Shown here one piece after another: positions 46,956 to 56,022 of a stretch of 56,022 nucleotides of DNA (its first letter is position 1; each line of letters starts with the position of its first letter). Both the position numbers and the translations under genes were made by a program. The notes under the pieces were generated by a model, which was given only the letters and a program-made list of their open reading frames with translations, was not told where the DNA came from and searched no databases. The DNA lies in the NCBI GenBank assembly GCA_035508835.1, contig DATJMG010000246.1:1-56022 (forward strand), written 5' to 3'. The DNA comes from Puia sp. (lineage in GTDB: Bacteria; Bacteroidota; Bacteroidia; Chitinophagales; Chitinophagaceae).

Positions 46956-49418
46956 TTACTCGGCCCTCAGGCTCTTCACCGGATTTGCCCGTGCCGCCTT
47001 TATTGCGTGAAAGCTGATCGTCGCCAGTGCGATAAATATTGCAACAAGTCCGCCTGCTGCAAATAACCACCAACTGATATTGATCCGATACACGTAGTCC
47101 CGGAGCCAGTTGTGCATGTAATACCATGCAATCGGTGCGGCTGCTGCAAAAGCGATTGCAATGAGCAGGAAGAATTCCCTGGAAAACAGATATACGATGT
47201 TGGCAGCAGATGCGCCAAGCACCTTACGGATACCGACTTCTTTTATCCGCTGCACTGCCATGAACGATGCAAGCCCGTACAAGCCAAGGCAGCTGAGGAA
47301 TATCGCGATCGCCGAGAAGATCTTATACAATTGGGCCAGCTGATCTTCCTGTTGATAAAAACCTTGAATTTTATCGTCCAGGAACCTGTATTCATAGACG
47401 TAATCGGGGAATGTATGTTCCCAAATATTTTTAACAGATCCCATAGTTGAAGGAATGTCTGTCGTTGCCAGCTTAATTGCAGCCTGCCGGTACATGGTGA
47501 CGTTTGTGGTAATCAGCAATGGCGCAAGGTTATGGCGAAGCGACCGGTCATTAAAATCCTTCAATACCCCGACAACAGGGCATTTTATCTGATCACCAAA
47601 TATGCTTATTTCTTTGTTCAGGATATCTTCCGGTTTTTTGAGCCCCAGGCTCTTTACCAGCGATTCATTCACTAAAAATTCCCTGGTTATATCGGATGGT
47701 TGCAAATTTCTTCCTGCTACCAGGGCTAATTTATAAGCCGGCACATATCCGTCGTCGGCGAATTTTACAACACACTGAAAATCAGCTTCTTTTGCTGCAT
47801 GGTCAAATTTGAAAGCCGTCCACATATCATTGTCGTCTTCAACCGGGGTGTTCGAGTTAAAACTTACCGCATGAACGCCTTTTACCGACAATAACTGCTG
47901 CCGTAAATAATTCGTCAGCTTGCTGCCGGTTTTATCCGGCCGGTATGGAACATTTACAATGGCATCCTTATCGAAGCCTAACGGTTGGTTCATAAAATAA
48001 TTCATTTGCCTTGCGATAATGAATGTTCCGATGATGAGCGACTGGGCGATGATAAATTGAAGCACTACCAGCCCTCTTCTTAATGAAACTCCCTTTGCGG
48101 CGCCGGCCGTGAGTTTACTCTTTAAAGCGTGAACGGGATTGAAACGTGATAATACCATCGCGGGATAAAAACCTGCAAGGGCGCTTACTGAAATCGTTAC
48201 AGCCACAAGAAACAAAATAATTGCAGGAGCTGTGTGGAGGTTAAACGAAAGCGGCAGATCCAAAAGCCGGTTTACAGAAGGCAACGCAAGTATTGTAATA
48301 ACTGCTGCCAGCACGACAGCGCTTGTAACGATCAAAAATGTCTCAATAATGAATTGGGCTTGCAATTGAGATCTATTACTTCCGAGGACTTTTCTTACAC
48401 CAACCTCCTTTGCCCGATTAACAGCTTGTGCGGTAGCGAGGTTGATAAAGTTTACACAGGCGATTAGCAGAATAAATCCTGCAATCAGCCACAAGGCATC
48501 GATCAGCTGATGGCTGATCGTCTTGTTGCTATAATCTCCGGTTTCTGTGTCATAATGCACGGCGCCCAGGGGTTGAATTATATAGCTATCGTTCTTATCG
48601 GGTGATTGCATCTTCCGGGCGTATGCGCTCAGTTGTTGATCAAAACCGGAAACAGAAATACCCGGCGGCAACAGAACCCAGCAACCAAAATCAGGTCCTG
48701 TTTCATTCCAATCGGGATTTTGCAATCCGTACTTTTTATCTCCGGTAAAATCTGTTCCGAAGGCGACAACAAGTTTTAGCTGAAAATCCGTATTTGCGGG
48801 GATGGTAGCGAGGATGCCCGAAACTTTCAGCACTATCGGCGGGAACTGAAATAATCCTGTGCCTATCCGGTATGTTCCCGTTAGCTTGAGGGTTTTCCCC
48901 ATTGCTGTTTTCCAGCCGCCGAAATACTTTTCCGCTATCTCTTTTGTAAGCAGCACGTTGTTCGGATCTTTTAAGGAGGCATATGAGCCTGCGAGCAGGG
49001 GAAAATCGAACATGTTGAAGAAGGAGGGCGCTGTATAAAACAAGCCGTTCTGCTCTTTAAAATTCTTTACAGGGGTTCCGTTATCGTCGAGTACCTGCAA
49101 CTCGTCGTTGTGACTTACATAGATCGGCGCCACTTGTTCTATCTGGGGAAGAGCCGTTTTTAATCCCCCGGGCATCGGAAAAGGGACGCTTTTGCCGTAG
49201 AGAATATTTGCAGCATCTGTATGGTGGTATTCTGTCAGGATGCGGTAGATCCGGTCTTTCCTGGAGTGAAAATCGTCGAAGCTTGTTTGATACTTTATGA
49301 TGATGAAGATCATCGTGCAAACCGCGATCCCGATGGCGAGACCGGCGATGTTGATGAAGGCATAATTTCTGTTCCGGATCAAATTGCGGAAAGATGTTGA
49401 GAAGCTATTGCGAAACAT
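46956..49418 (-). CDS. ABC transporter permease, MacB/FtsX-like duplicated type
   Basis: INIAGLAIG, ACVNFINL, two R.KEVG.RKVLG motifs, LRRGLVVLQF, NPVKSLR; start 49418 or 49454. Confidence 0.92.
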   Translation of the reverse strand: MFRNSFSTSFRNLIRNRNYAFINIAGLAIGIAVCTMIFIIIKYQTSFDDFHSRKDRIYRILTEYHHTDAANILYGKSVPFPMPGGLKTALPQIEQVAPIYVSHNDELQVLDDNGTPVKNFKEQNGLFYTAPSFFNMFDFPLLAGSYASLKDPNNVLLTKEIAEKYFGGWKTAMGKTLKLTGTYRIGTGLFQFPPIVLKVSGILATIPANTDFQLKLVVAFGTDFTGDKKYGLQNPDWNETGPDFGCWVLLPPGISVSGFDQQLSAYARKMQSPDKNDSYIIQPLGAVHYDTETGDYSNKTISHQLIDALWLIAGFILLIACVNFINLATAQAVNRAKEVGVRKVLGSNRSQLQAQFIIETFLIVTSAVVLAAVITILALPSVNRLLDLPLSFNLHTAPAIILFLVAVTISVSALAGFYPAMVLSRFNPVHALKSKLTAGAAKGVSLRRGLVVLQFIIAQSLIIGTFIIARQMNYFMNQPLGFDKDAIVNVPYRPDKTGSKLTNYLRQQLLSVKGVHAVSFNSNTPVEDDNDMWTAFKFDHAAKEADFQCVVKFADDGYVPAYKLALVAGRNLQPSDITREFLVNESLVKSLGLKKPEDILNKEISIFGDQIKCPVVGVLKDFNDRSLRHNLAPLLITTNVTMYRQAAIKLATTDIPSTMGSVKNIWEHTFPDYVYEYRFLDDKIQGFYQQEDQLAQLYKIFSAIAIFLSCLGLYGLASFMAVQRIKEVGIRKVLGASAANIVYLFSREFFLLIAIAFAAAAPIAWYYMHNWLRDYVYRINISWWLFAAGGLVAIFIALATISFHAIKAARANPVKSLRAE

Positions 49419-49512
49419 GGCAGCAGGATTATGTGCGGATTTTGAAGGCTTCATGAATGTAATGAGTTATCTCCACATTTGTCAGGTAAATTATACGGGA
49501 ACGGCCGGATGG

Positions 49513-50430
49513 TTATTTCAGCCACCGGATGGGCCAGGGCAGGCGGTTATGGCGATAGAAGAAGTAGGGTTGGTCGGTCGCGCCGAAGTTGCGGTAGAAA
49601 TGGGCGATGCCGGGATGGTCGGAGCCTTCGAAGTCGAGGATCATAGGAAAGCCTGCCCATTCGCGGATGAACCGGTCGAGCAGAAAGTGGTTGGCTTCTG
49701 CGGCGCGTCCGGCGGGAAGGGTAGTGGAGTGGACCAAATAGAAGCGGCGGGCATCCCGCAGGAATACGGCGGAACAAAGAGGTTGCTGTTTTTCGTTCAA
49801 TACGGCCCTGGTCAGCAATTGATCCTTTTCCCGGAGGCGGAGGCAGAGGGTTTCGAAGTGAAGATAATCCTCTCCTTTAACGGAAGGCAGGCGCAGGGCA
49901 TACTCGTGACGAAAATCGTGCAAGGCGGTATGCAGGTCGAAATCCTTTATATAGGTAAGCCGGCGGCGTCCGCTCAGGCGGAGGTTGCGCGCCAGGTCTT
50001 TTCTGTAGCGGCCGGATATTTGTTCGTAGGGTAAACCGAGATGCAGGATGAAATTGGTTCGCGGGCTTAAAGCCGGATGGGGATTGGCATAGTTCAGGAA
50101 GATCTCGGCGAAGCGGAAACGGCTTTCGAGCTGACGGAGGAAAGTTTCCACCAGCGCGGGGCCCGCGGCCTCCGGGGAGAAGATCCCGGTTTGCTGGGTA
50201 AACGCGGGTTGATAGAGGTAGCGGATGCCGAACTTCGAACGCCAGGTCAGCGGCATGACGGCCCGGTAGTCATCCAGCATCAGCGCATCCCACTTGCCGG
50301 CAGCCATGGTATCGAGATAGAAAGAGCTCCCGTAGATCATCGGGCTGACCGAGGCTTCTATGCATCGGTCCCATCGGGTGGTATCGATCTCGTGGCGGCG
50401 CAGATGGGTGATATGACCAACCGTAGGCAT
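49513..50430 (-). CDS. GNAT/FemAB-like fold protein
   Basis: ID...WD.CI, YQP.FTQQ.G, LDFEGS..PGIA.FY..FGA; ATG overlaps upstream stop (TGATG). Confidence 0.7.
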   Translation of the reverse strand: MPTVGHITHLRRHEIDTTRWDRCIEASVSPMIYGSSFYLDTMAAGKWDALMLDDYRAVMPLTWRSKFGIRYLYQPAFTQQTGIFSPEAAGPALVETFLRQLESRFRFAEIFLNYANPHPALSPRTNFILHLGLPYEQISGRYRKDLARNLRLSGRRRLTYIKDFDLHTALHDFRHEYALRLPSVKGEDYLHFETLCLRLREKDQLLTRAVLNEKQQPLCSAVFLRDARRFYLVHSTTLPAGRAAEANHFLLDRFIREWAGFPMILDFEGSDHPGIAHFYRNFGATDQPYFFYRHNRLPWPIRWLK

Positions 50431-53195
50431 CAGAATGGAGTATAGCCAAACCACTTACGAAATGGAATTTGCTGAAAGTCGATGCTGAAGGACACCTTTT
50501 GAAAAAAGCCGTTTTGACCGGGTACTGTCTTCAACTGGGTGCTGAAATCGCTGCTATAGAGCAGCGGCGCATAGATGTGGAGTACGTCGTGGAAGAAATC
50601 CAGCTCAAAGCCGCCGACATAGAGGAAATGACTGGTCGGCGGGTTGTCCGACCAGGCCTGTGCGTAGGTTCCAACGTCGAGGAACAGGCGCAGCGGCAGC
50701 CATCGGGGAATGATTTCCGGCGGAAGAGTGCTTTTGAGATTGACGGCGGCTACCCAGTTGTCCGAACGGCCCTGCAGGTCCTCAAAGAGGTCGGTGCGCA
50801 GCTTCAGGTCGCCGTCGCGCATCATGATCTGCTGGCTGGCCAGGCCATTGAAGTCATTGCGGCCGACGAAGTAATTGTCGTAGGTATAGTCTTCGCTGCC
50901 GCGGACGGCGGTCAGCTTGGGTTCGAACGGGGTCAGGTCTTCAGCAGGGTTGCGGGCGCCCAGGTAGCCGAATTTGGCGCCAAACAGGCGAACCTCCAGA
51001 CCGCCGGTCGTCGCATAGTTAAAGAAGTAATGAATGTCGAGGTTGAGGCGGTACCATTGTGCGGCCTGCTGTACCTGGAGGTTGACCGAGTAGGGATAGA
51101 GTACGCGGTGATCGCGGATCGTGAAGGTCAGCTGGTTGAGGTAGCGGAATTCATATTTGCCGGCGACGGGATAGTACAGGGAGTCGGTGGATTTCAGGAC
51201 ATAGTTAGAAAAGCTCTTTTCACCGATCAGGTAGGTCTTTCCTTCCAGGATGATCTCTTGGGTGCTTCCGATGGAAGATGGCCGGAAAAAGAGCCGGAAA
51301 CAGGGGGCGATCTTGTAGAAGCCGCCGAAGATCGCATGACCGTTACTGTCGATGCCGTTGATCGTGGAGAAGCGGGAGCCATTGATACCGGCTTCGATCA
51401 GGCGGAAGGCCTGGTGCGGGTACCAGGCGTAATTGAGATGAATGAGGCCATTAAACTGATGGCTGGCGGTAGCATAGAGGGGCGCTGCGACAAATTGCCA
51501 GTTATCGGGCGGGAGGTTGAAATTGTGGATCAGGGCGCCGATCATCCAATGGTCATAGTTGTTGAAACCGATGGCCGGCGAAATGTTCAGGCTGTTGCGG
51601 TGGGTGGGATGGGGAATGAACTGGATGTCGGGTGTCAGCAGCCGGTGGTACGGGGAAGGCGGCTCGGGGCCGGTGGTGTCGAGCAGGGCGAAGGCAGAAT
51701 CGACGTTGAGGCCGGGGGCAGCGACGGCAAAGACGGCTTTCAGCTCAGCGGGGCTCGTCCGGTGAAATTGCTGTTTCCGGAAATAATTATGCATACAGCT
51801 ATCGAAAAGGGGGGTACCCAGGGAGCCTTCGAGGTCGTGCATCCAGATGGCGGTTTTGAATTCTCCGATAAGCCGATAGTTATCGGGGGTGAATTCTTCG
51901 GTCGAGGTGGAGATGGGTTGATCTTCATGCAGGACAACGCGAGTGTTGACCTCGCTGCGGTGGAAGGTATCGGGGCCATAATATCCGGCATGGGGCTGGC
52001 CATTTTTCTTCAGGCGGTATCGATCGGAATAATAGCGGTATCGGTCGTAATAATAGCGGTATCGGTCGTAATAATATTGGCCGATGCCGTCGGTCATCCA
52101 GGGGTAACGGCGGCCATCGGCGCCGATGGCGATAGATAGCCATTGTGCTCCGATCTCTTTTTCGATGGTCAGGCCGGGATCGAAGCCGGCAGTGTCGCGG
52201 CTGTCGATGCTGATGATGGCAGGGAAGGAGGCGGCGGAAAGGGGGGAGGGGCGGTTATTGTCCGAACGGGTTTCCACGATGGAGGCGTTGTCGAAGGGAT
52301 ATTCGCCGAGTGTGGTGGAGAAGAAGCGAAGGGCGTTCTTCAGATCGGGGATCGCATTGCGGGCGATCGGGGAATTGGTTCGAATATAATACGAATAGAG
52401 ATTGATGATCCGGCCCGACGGGAGTTGAAGGGTATCGTGGATGCTGTGGAAGCGGCGGCTGGCAAACCAGGCGAAATCGGGGATATCGGACCCGTGGTAA
52501 TGGAATGTTTTCGTGCCGGTGGTCGAGTCAGCAGGGGTTTCGGGGTTGCCGGTTGCGGCTACGGTGAAGTTCGCAGGGACGGTGATATGGACGTCGAAAT
52601 CGCCGAATTCATTATAGGAGCCGCCTTTTTCCAGGAAGGGGTCGGGGTGCCAGCCGCGGTTGTCATAGACCGCGGGTTTGGGATACCAATTGGTGATTTC
52701 GTAGATGCCCCCGCGATAGCCGCTGCCCGTGAAATTGTCCGGCAGTTGAACGTGGAAGGGAGTGGTGATCGTTGTGGAATCGCCGGGCGGCAGGGGTGCG
52801 GGGAGGATGACCTTGATCACATCGATATATAGCGGATGGTCTTGCATAATGGCCAGTTGGCTGTCCACGCGGAATTCGAGGTGGTTAAGGTAGCCTTTCC
52901 GGGACTTGTCCGAGAAATAGAAGTCCGTCCGGCCGTTTTGGATAAGCTGTTCGCTCAGGGCGGTACGGTCGTTTTTGAGGGCATTGGGCCAGCAGCGGAT
53001 CCAGATAAAGGAGAGCGTATCGGGGGAGTGGTTGATGTACCCGATACGGATGCGGCCGTCGAGGGAATGGGTACTATCGGTCAGGGTGACGTCGATAGAG
53101 TAGTTAACCTGCTGTTGCCAGCGTTGGGCTTGGGCGTGGGCATGGGGCCGGCCGGTGTGAAGTGCGGTTAGTATGAGTAAGAGGTATCTGGCCAT
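50430..53195 (-). CDS. M1-family (gluzincin) aminopeptidase-like exported protein, probably catalytically inactive, with beta-strand-rich C-terminal domain
   Basis: WQQ.VNY.I.V.L, Y.N.SPDTL, WYPKPAVYD, EFGDFDVHITVP, DFAWFA, YPF; HEXXH position reads KEIGA. Confidence 0.8.
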   Translation of the reverse strand: MARYLLLILTALHTGRPHAHAQAQRWQQQVNYSIDVTLTDSTHSLDGRIRIGYINHSPDTLSFIWIRCWPNALKNDRTALSEQLIQNGRTDFYFSDKSRKGYLNHLEFRVDSQLAIMQDHPLYIDVIKVILPAPLPPGDSTTITTPFHVQLPDNFTGSGYRGGIYEITNWYPKPAVYDNRGWHPDPFLEKGGSYNEFGDFDVHITVPANFTVAATGNPETPADSTTGTKTFHYHGSDIPDFAWFASRRFHSIHDTLQLPSGRIINLYSYYIRTNSPIARNAIPDLKNALRFFSTTLGEYPFDNASIVETRSDNNRPSPLSAASFPAIISIDSRDTAGFDPGLTIEKEIGAQWLSIAIGADGRRYPWMTDGIGQYYYDRYRYYYDRYRYYSDRYRLKKNGQPHAGYYGPDTFHRSEVNTRVVLHEDQPISTSTEEFTPDNYRLIGEFKTAIWMHDLEGSLGTPLFDSCMHNYFRKQQFHRTSPAELKAVFAVAAPGLNVDSAFALLDTTGPEPPSPYHRLLTPDIQFIPHPTHRNSLNISPAIGFNNYDHWMIGALIHNFNLPPDNWQFVAAPLYATASHQFNGLIHLNYAWYPHQAFRLIEAGINGSRFSTINGIDSNGHAIFGGFYKIAPCFRLFFRPSSIGSTQEIILEGKTYLIGEKSFSNYVLKSTDSLYYPVAGKYEFRYLNQLTFTIRDHRVLYPYSVNLQVQQAAQWYRLNLDIHYFFNYATTGGLEVRLFGAKFGYLGARNPAEDLTPFEPKLTAVRGSEDYTYDNYFVGRNDFNGLASQQIMMRDGDLKLRTDLFEDLQGRSDNWVAAVNLKSTLPPEIIPRWLPLRLFLDVGTYAQAWSDNPPTSHFLYVGGFELDFFHDVLHIYAPLLYSSDFSTQLKTVPGQNGFFQKVSFSIDFQQIPFRKWFGYTPF
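52014..52076. repeat. Intragenic 21-bp tandem repeat x3 (YYYDRYR)
   Basis: gcggtatcgatcggaataata, then gcggtatcggtcgtaataata twice. Confidence 0.9.
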
Positions 53196-53204
53196 GATGA
53201 CCTG

Positions 53205-54632
53205 TTAGCGACCCTGGGCCGTGAATATGATTCTGAGTGTATGCAACATGATCTTCCAGTCGAGGACGAGGGAAATATTCTCGATGTACATCAGATCGTA
53301 TTTCATCCGTTCGACCATTTCATCGATGCTGCCTGCGTAGCCAAACTGGACCATTCCCCAGGAGGTCAGGCCGGGCTTGACTTTCAAGAGGTAACGAAAA
53401 TAGGGGGTACGGGCGTACAATTGGTTGAGATAAAATTCCCTTTCGGGCCGGGGGCCTACCAGGCTCATTTCGCCCTTCAGGATATTCCAGAGCTGGGGCA
53501 GTTCATCCATGCGCCACTTGCGCATGGTCTTTCCCCACGGCGTGATGCGATGGTCGTCATGGGAGGAGAGGGCGGGGCCATCTTTTTCCGCGTCTGCATA
53601 CATGGAGCGAAATTTATAGATCTGGAATTTGAAGCCCTTATAGCCGATACGCTCCTGTTCATAGATGACAGGACCGGGGGAGGACAGCCTGGTCCGGATG
53701 GCCGCATAGAGCATGAGGGGGGAAAAGAGGATCAGGGCAGCGGCGGAGACGACGATATCGGTGACTCGTTTGATGTTCTGTTGCCATTCAGGCATCAAGC
53801 CTATGTGGATATCCGACAGGACGGCGCCCATGACGTTACTGGTATGGACGGAACCGGAGAGGATATCGAGGGTACTGGGGATGATCTTTATGCGGACGTC
53901 CTTATTGCTCAGGCGTTCGAGGATGGTTTCGACCTCTTTACGTTCGGAGCGGTCGAGGGCGACGACGACGAGTCGGATATCATGGCGGTCGATGGCGGAT
54001 TCGATGTTGTTGGAATCCCCCAGTTGGGGCAGCCATGCGGCGATGCCGTTGCTCGGCTGCAGTGGATTGGTGACATATCCGGTATATTGGTAGCCGGAGG
54101 ATCGCAGACCTTCTTTGGAGCTATTGTAGATATGTGTGGCAAGGCTGTCGCTGCCTACGAGCAAGGTATTAAAAATGATCTTTCCTTTTGTGACCTGGCG
54201 GCGTACGCGGGTAAGAATGAATATCCTTCCGGTCAGGGTCAGGATGAAATGGGATGAAAGGAAGATGATGTAGGTCTGGTAGAAATAATGATAATCCTTT
54301 ACCGGATCGTTGATGACGATCGAGAAGAAGACGATGGTGCAGCCGATCAGGCAGTATACGAATGTATTGGCCGTTTCGCTGATCCGGGATTTCTGATAGA
54401 GGGAATTGTAGGAGCCGAACAGGGTATAGAGCAGGAGCCAGCCCAGCGGGATGGTGATGGTCCCCAGCCAGAAGCGGGAGGTCAGCAGGAGCCGGTGATT
54501 GATAAAGACGGGTTCGGAGAGTAATAGCCGCCGGCTAAAGTGGAAGATATTTGCGGACAGCAGGGCCGCGATATAGTCGCTGAGGATATACCAAAGGATA
54601 GAGATGGTATGTGATCTTTTCCTTACGGCCAT
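53205..54632 (-). CDS. Polyprenyl-phosphate sugar phosphotransferase (WcaJ/WbaP-like priming glycosyltransferase)
   Basis: N-terminal TM helices, KR..DI, Q.RIG..G..F..YKFRSM, DELPQLWN.LKG.MSLVGPRP, KPGLT.WG.V. Confidence 0.92.
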   Translation of the reverse strand: MAVRKRSHTISILWYILSDYIAALLSANIFHFSRRLLLSEPVFINHRLLLTSRFWLGTITIPLGWLLLYTLFGSYNSLYQKSRISETANTFVYCLIGCTIVFFSIVINDPVKDYHYFYQTYIIFLSSHFILTLTGRIFILTRVRRQVTKGKIIFNTLLVGSDSLATHIYNSSKEGLRSSGYQYTGYVTNPLQPSNGIAAWLPQLGDSNNIESAIDRHDIRLVVVALDRSERKEVETILERLSNKDVRIKIIPSTLDILSGSVHTSNVMGAVLSDIHIGLMPEWQQNIKRVTDIVVSAAALILFSPLMLYAAIRTRLSSPGPVIYEQERIGYKGFKFQIYKFRSMYADAEKDGPALSSHDDHRITPWGKTMRKWRMDELPQLWNILKGEMSLVGPRPEREFYLNQLYARTPYFRYLLKVKPGLTSWGMVQFGYAGSIDEMVERMKYDLMYIENISLVLDWKIMLHTLRIIFTAQGR

Positions 54633-55606
54633 CAGGTATTGATCGTATTGTGTTTTATTTTTTGCAAGATCTGGTGTGCGATATCCATGGCCCGGTATCC
54701 GTCGACTTCCGATACGCGGGTTGGGGTGTTGGTCACGATGGCTTCGGTGAACTTCTCCAATTCCATGCGGATCGCGTTCACCTCCGGAACGGTGGGATTG
54801 GAAAGGGCGATCGTCTTTTTGCCATTTGGGGTTTCGATATCGAAGGCGAAGACGTCGAGGTCCTGGGGTGTTTTCAGCTTGATGACTTCCGATTTCTTAT
54901 TGAGAAAATCGATCCCGATGTAGGCGTCTTTTTGAAAGAGCCGCATTTTGCGCATTTTCTTCATCGAGATGCGGCTGGATGTCAGGTTGGCGACGCAGCC
55001 GTTGTGGAATTCGATGCGGACGCTGGCGATATCCGGGGTTTCGGTCATGACGGCGACGCCGCTGGCGGAGATACTGTTCACCTCACTGCGGACGAGGCTG
55101 AGGATAATGTCGATGTCATGGATCATCAGGTCGAGGATAACGCTTACTTCGGTGCCTCTCGGATTGAATTGGGCCAGGCGGTGCACTTCGATGAAGAGGG
55201 GGTTCAGCGGCATCGACTGAACAGCCAGGAAGGCGGGGTTGAAGCGTTCGACATGGCCGACCTGGAGCTTGACATTTGATTCGCGTACCAGCTTTACCAG
55301 TTCCCTGGCTTCCGCCATCGTGTTGGCGAGCGGTTTTTCGACGAAAACGTGTTTGCCTTTACGGATAGCTTTTTCGCAGAGTAAAAAATGGGCAGGGGTG
55401 GGGGCGACGATGTCTACTATATCGCAGACATCCATTAGTTGGGTGGGGTCGGAAAAGCGGGTGAGCTGATATTTATCGGCGACTTCCCGGGCGATGGTGT
55501 CGTCGGGGTCGTAAAATCCAATCAATTCCGCCTTTTTGATCTCTTTCCAGTTATTCAGATGAAATTTACCCAGGTGACCGACGCCAAAAACACCTACTTT
55601 AAGCAT
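54632..55606 (-). CDS. Gfo/Idh/MocA NAD-dependent oxidoreductase (GnnA/WbpB-like)
   Basis: GVFGVGHLG.FH, HVFVEKP, QVGHVERFNP, DLMIHDID. Confidence 0.88.
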   Translation of the reverse strand: MLKVGVFGVGHLGKFHLNNWKEIKKAELIGFYDPDDTIAREVADKYQLTRFSDPTQLMDVCDIVDIVAPTPAHFLLCEKAIRKGKHVFVEKPLANTMAEARELVKLVRESNVKLQVGHVERFNPAFLAVQSMPLNPLFIEVHRLAQFNPRGTEVSVILDLMIHDIDIILSLVRSEVNSISASGVAVMTETPDIASVRIEFHNGCVANLTSSRISMKKMRKMRLFQKDAYIGIDFLNKKSEVIKLKTPQDLDVFAFDIETPNGKKTIALSNPTVPEVNAIRMELEKFTEAIVTNTPTRVSEVDGYRAMDIAHQILQKIKHNTINT

Positions 55607-55628
55607 TTATTAAATTTTGTTTCCGCCG

Positions 55629-55769
55629 TAAACCTACATTAAAATGACCAATAGACAACTAAATGACTGTTGACCATATTCAACTGCCGGGCTCTCTCCG
55701 GGAGGCCTGTTAGGTTCATAAGCTCCTTTGAAAAGACGTTAATTGCGCGCATAAACCTACATTAAAATG
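55629..55769. repeat. Pair of identical 18-bp direct repeats upstream of the envelope operon
   Basis: taaacctacattaaaatg at 55629-55646 and 55752-55769. Confidence 0.85.
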
Positions 55770-55796
55770 GTGAGAATAGCCATAGGCGTGTTATTC

Positions 55797-56022
55797 TCAA
55801 TGCGTGTAGGAAGACGATGTTCCCTGGGGGCTTTGGATGCGGAGCTTAAGGTATTTAATCACGTTTCGGATCGTGACCGGGATCTCGGGACTGGGGAAAA
55901 CCTTTGTTTTGAGCAGTCCGCGGATGGTGATCAGGAAAACGGGGATATAGAGTGCGATCAGCGCGTATACGTAGACCTGGTAGGTATTCATAAAGAGGGT
56001 CCGCATGGAGAAGGTATTTGCG
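55797..56022 (-). CDS. Hypothetical membrane protein, probably 5'-truncated by window edge
   Basis: Frame stays open from the ATG at 56006 to the window end; one hydrophobic segment VYVYALIALYIPVFLITI. Confidence 0.45.
   Translation of the reverse strand, partial: ANTFSMRTLFMNTYQVYVYALIALYIPVFLITIRGLLKTKVFPSPEIPVTIRNVIKYLKLRIQSPQGTSSSYTH

Noticed and set aside
3383-54257. Long antisense ORFs (e.g. 3383-4717, 15848-17233, 19727-21340, 41152-42693, 50469-52139)
   Set aside because: They mirror well-supported genes on the opposite strand, lack recognisable motifs, and are expected with high third-position GC.

Overview
Chromosomal window from a GC-rich Bacteroidota bacterium, most likely Chitinophagaceae (T9SS cargo protein, TAnnTT(T/C)G promoter elements, Bacteroidota-type RpoC). 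About 31 kb (3350-34518) is an amino-acid biosynthesis supercluster: thrABC, ppc, gltBD, ilvE-D-B-(methyltransferase)-N-C-A and leuACDB. It is followed by a PIN/RHH toxin-antitoxin pair, an rpoC with no rpoB upstream, housekeeping genes (Skp, APC permease, HldE kinase, IaaA, IspD) and a cell-envelope operon. The main finding, absent from the ORF track, is two short leader peptides. An Ile/Val-rich one (MRASSLIIIVVVIIIPAIQGGGW) lies before ilvE with a complete antiterminator/terminator switch. A Thr/Ile-rich one (MISRIPHIVASQITTIISITTR) lies before thrA with no clear intrinsic terminator. Both start at or within about 3 nt of the predicted transcription start, suggesting leaderless attenuators. 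Other notable items: a methyltransferase wedged between ilvB and ilvN, an M1 peptidase homolog that has lost its zinc ligands, an sxtI/K/J-like carbamoyltransferase trio, and several short duplications at gene ends. No rRNA, tRNA, CRISPR or transposase was recognised. All family calls are from motif recognition; no database searches were run.
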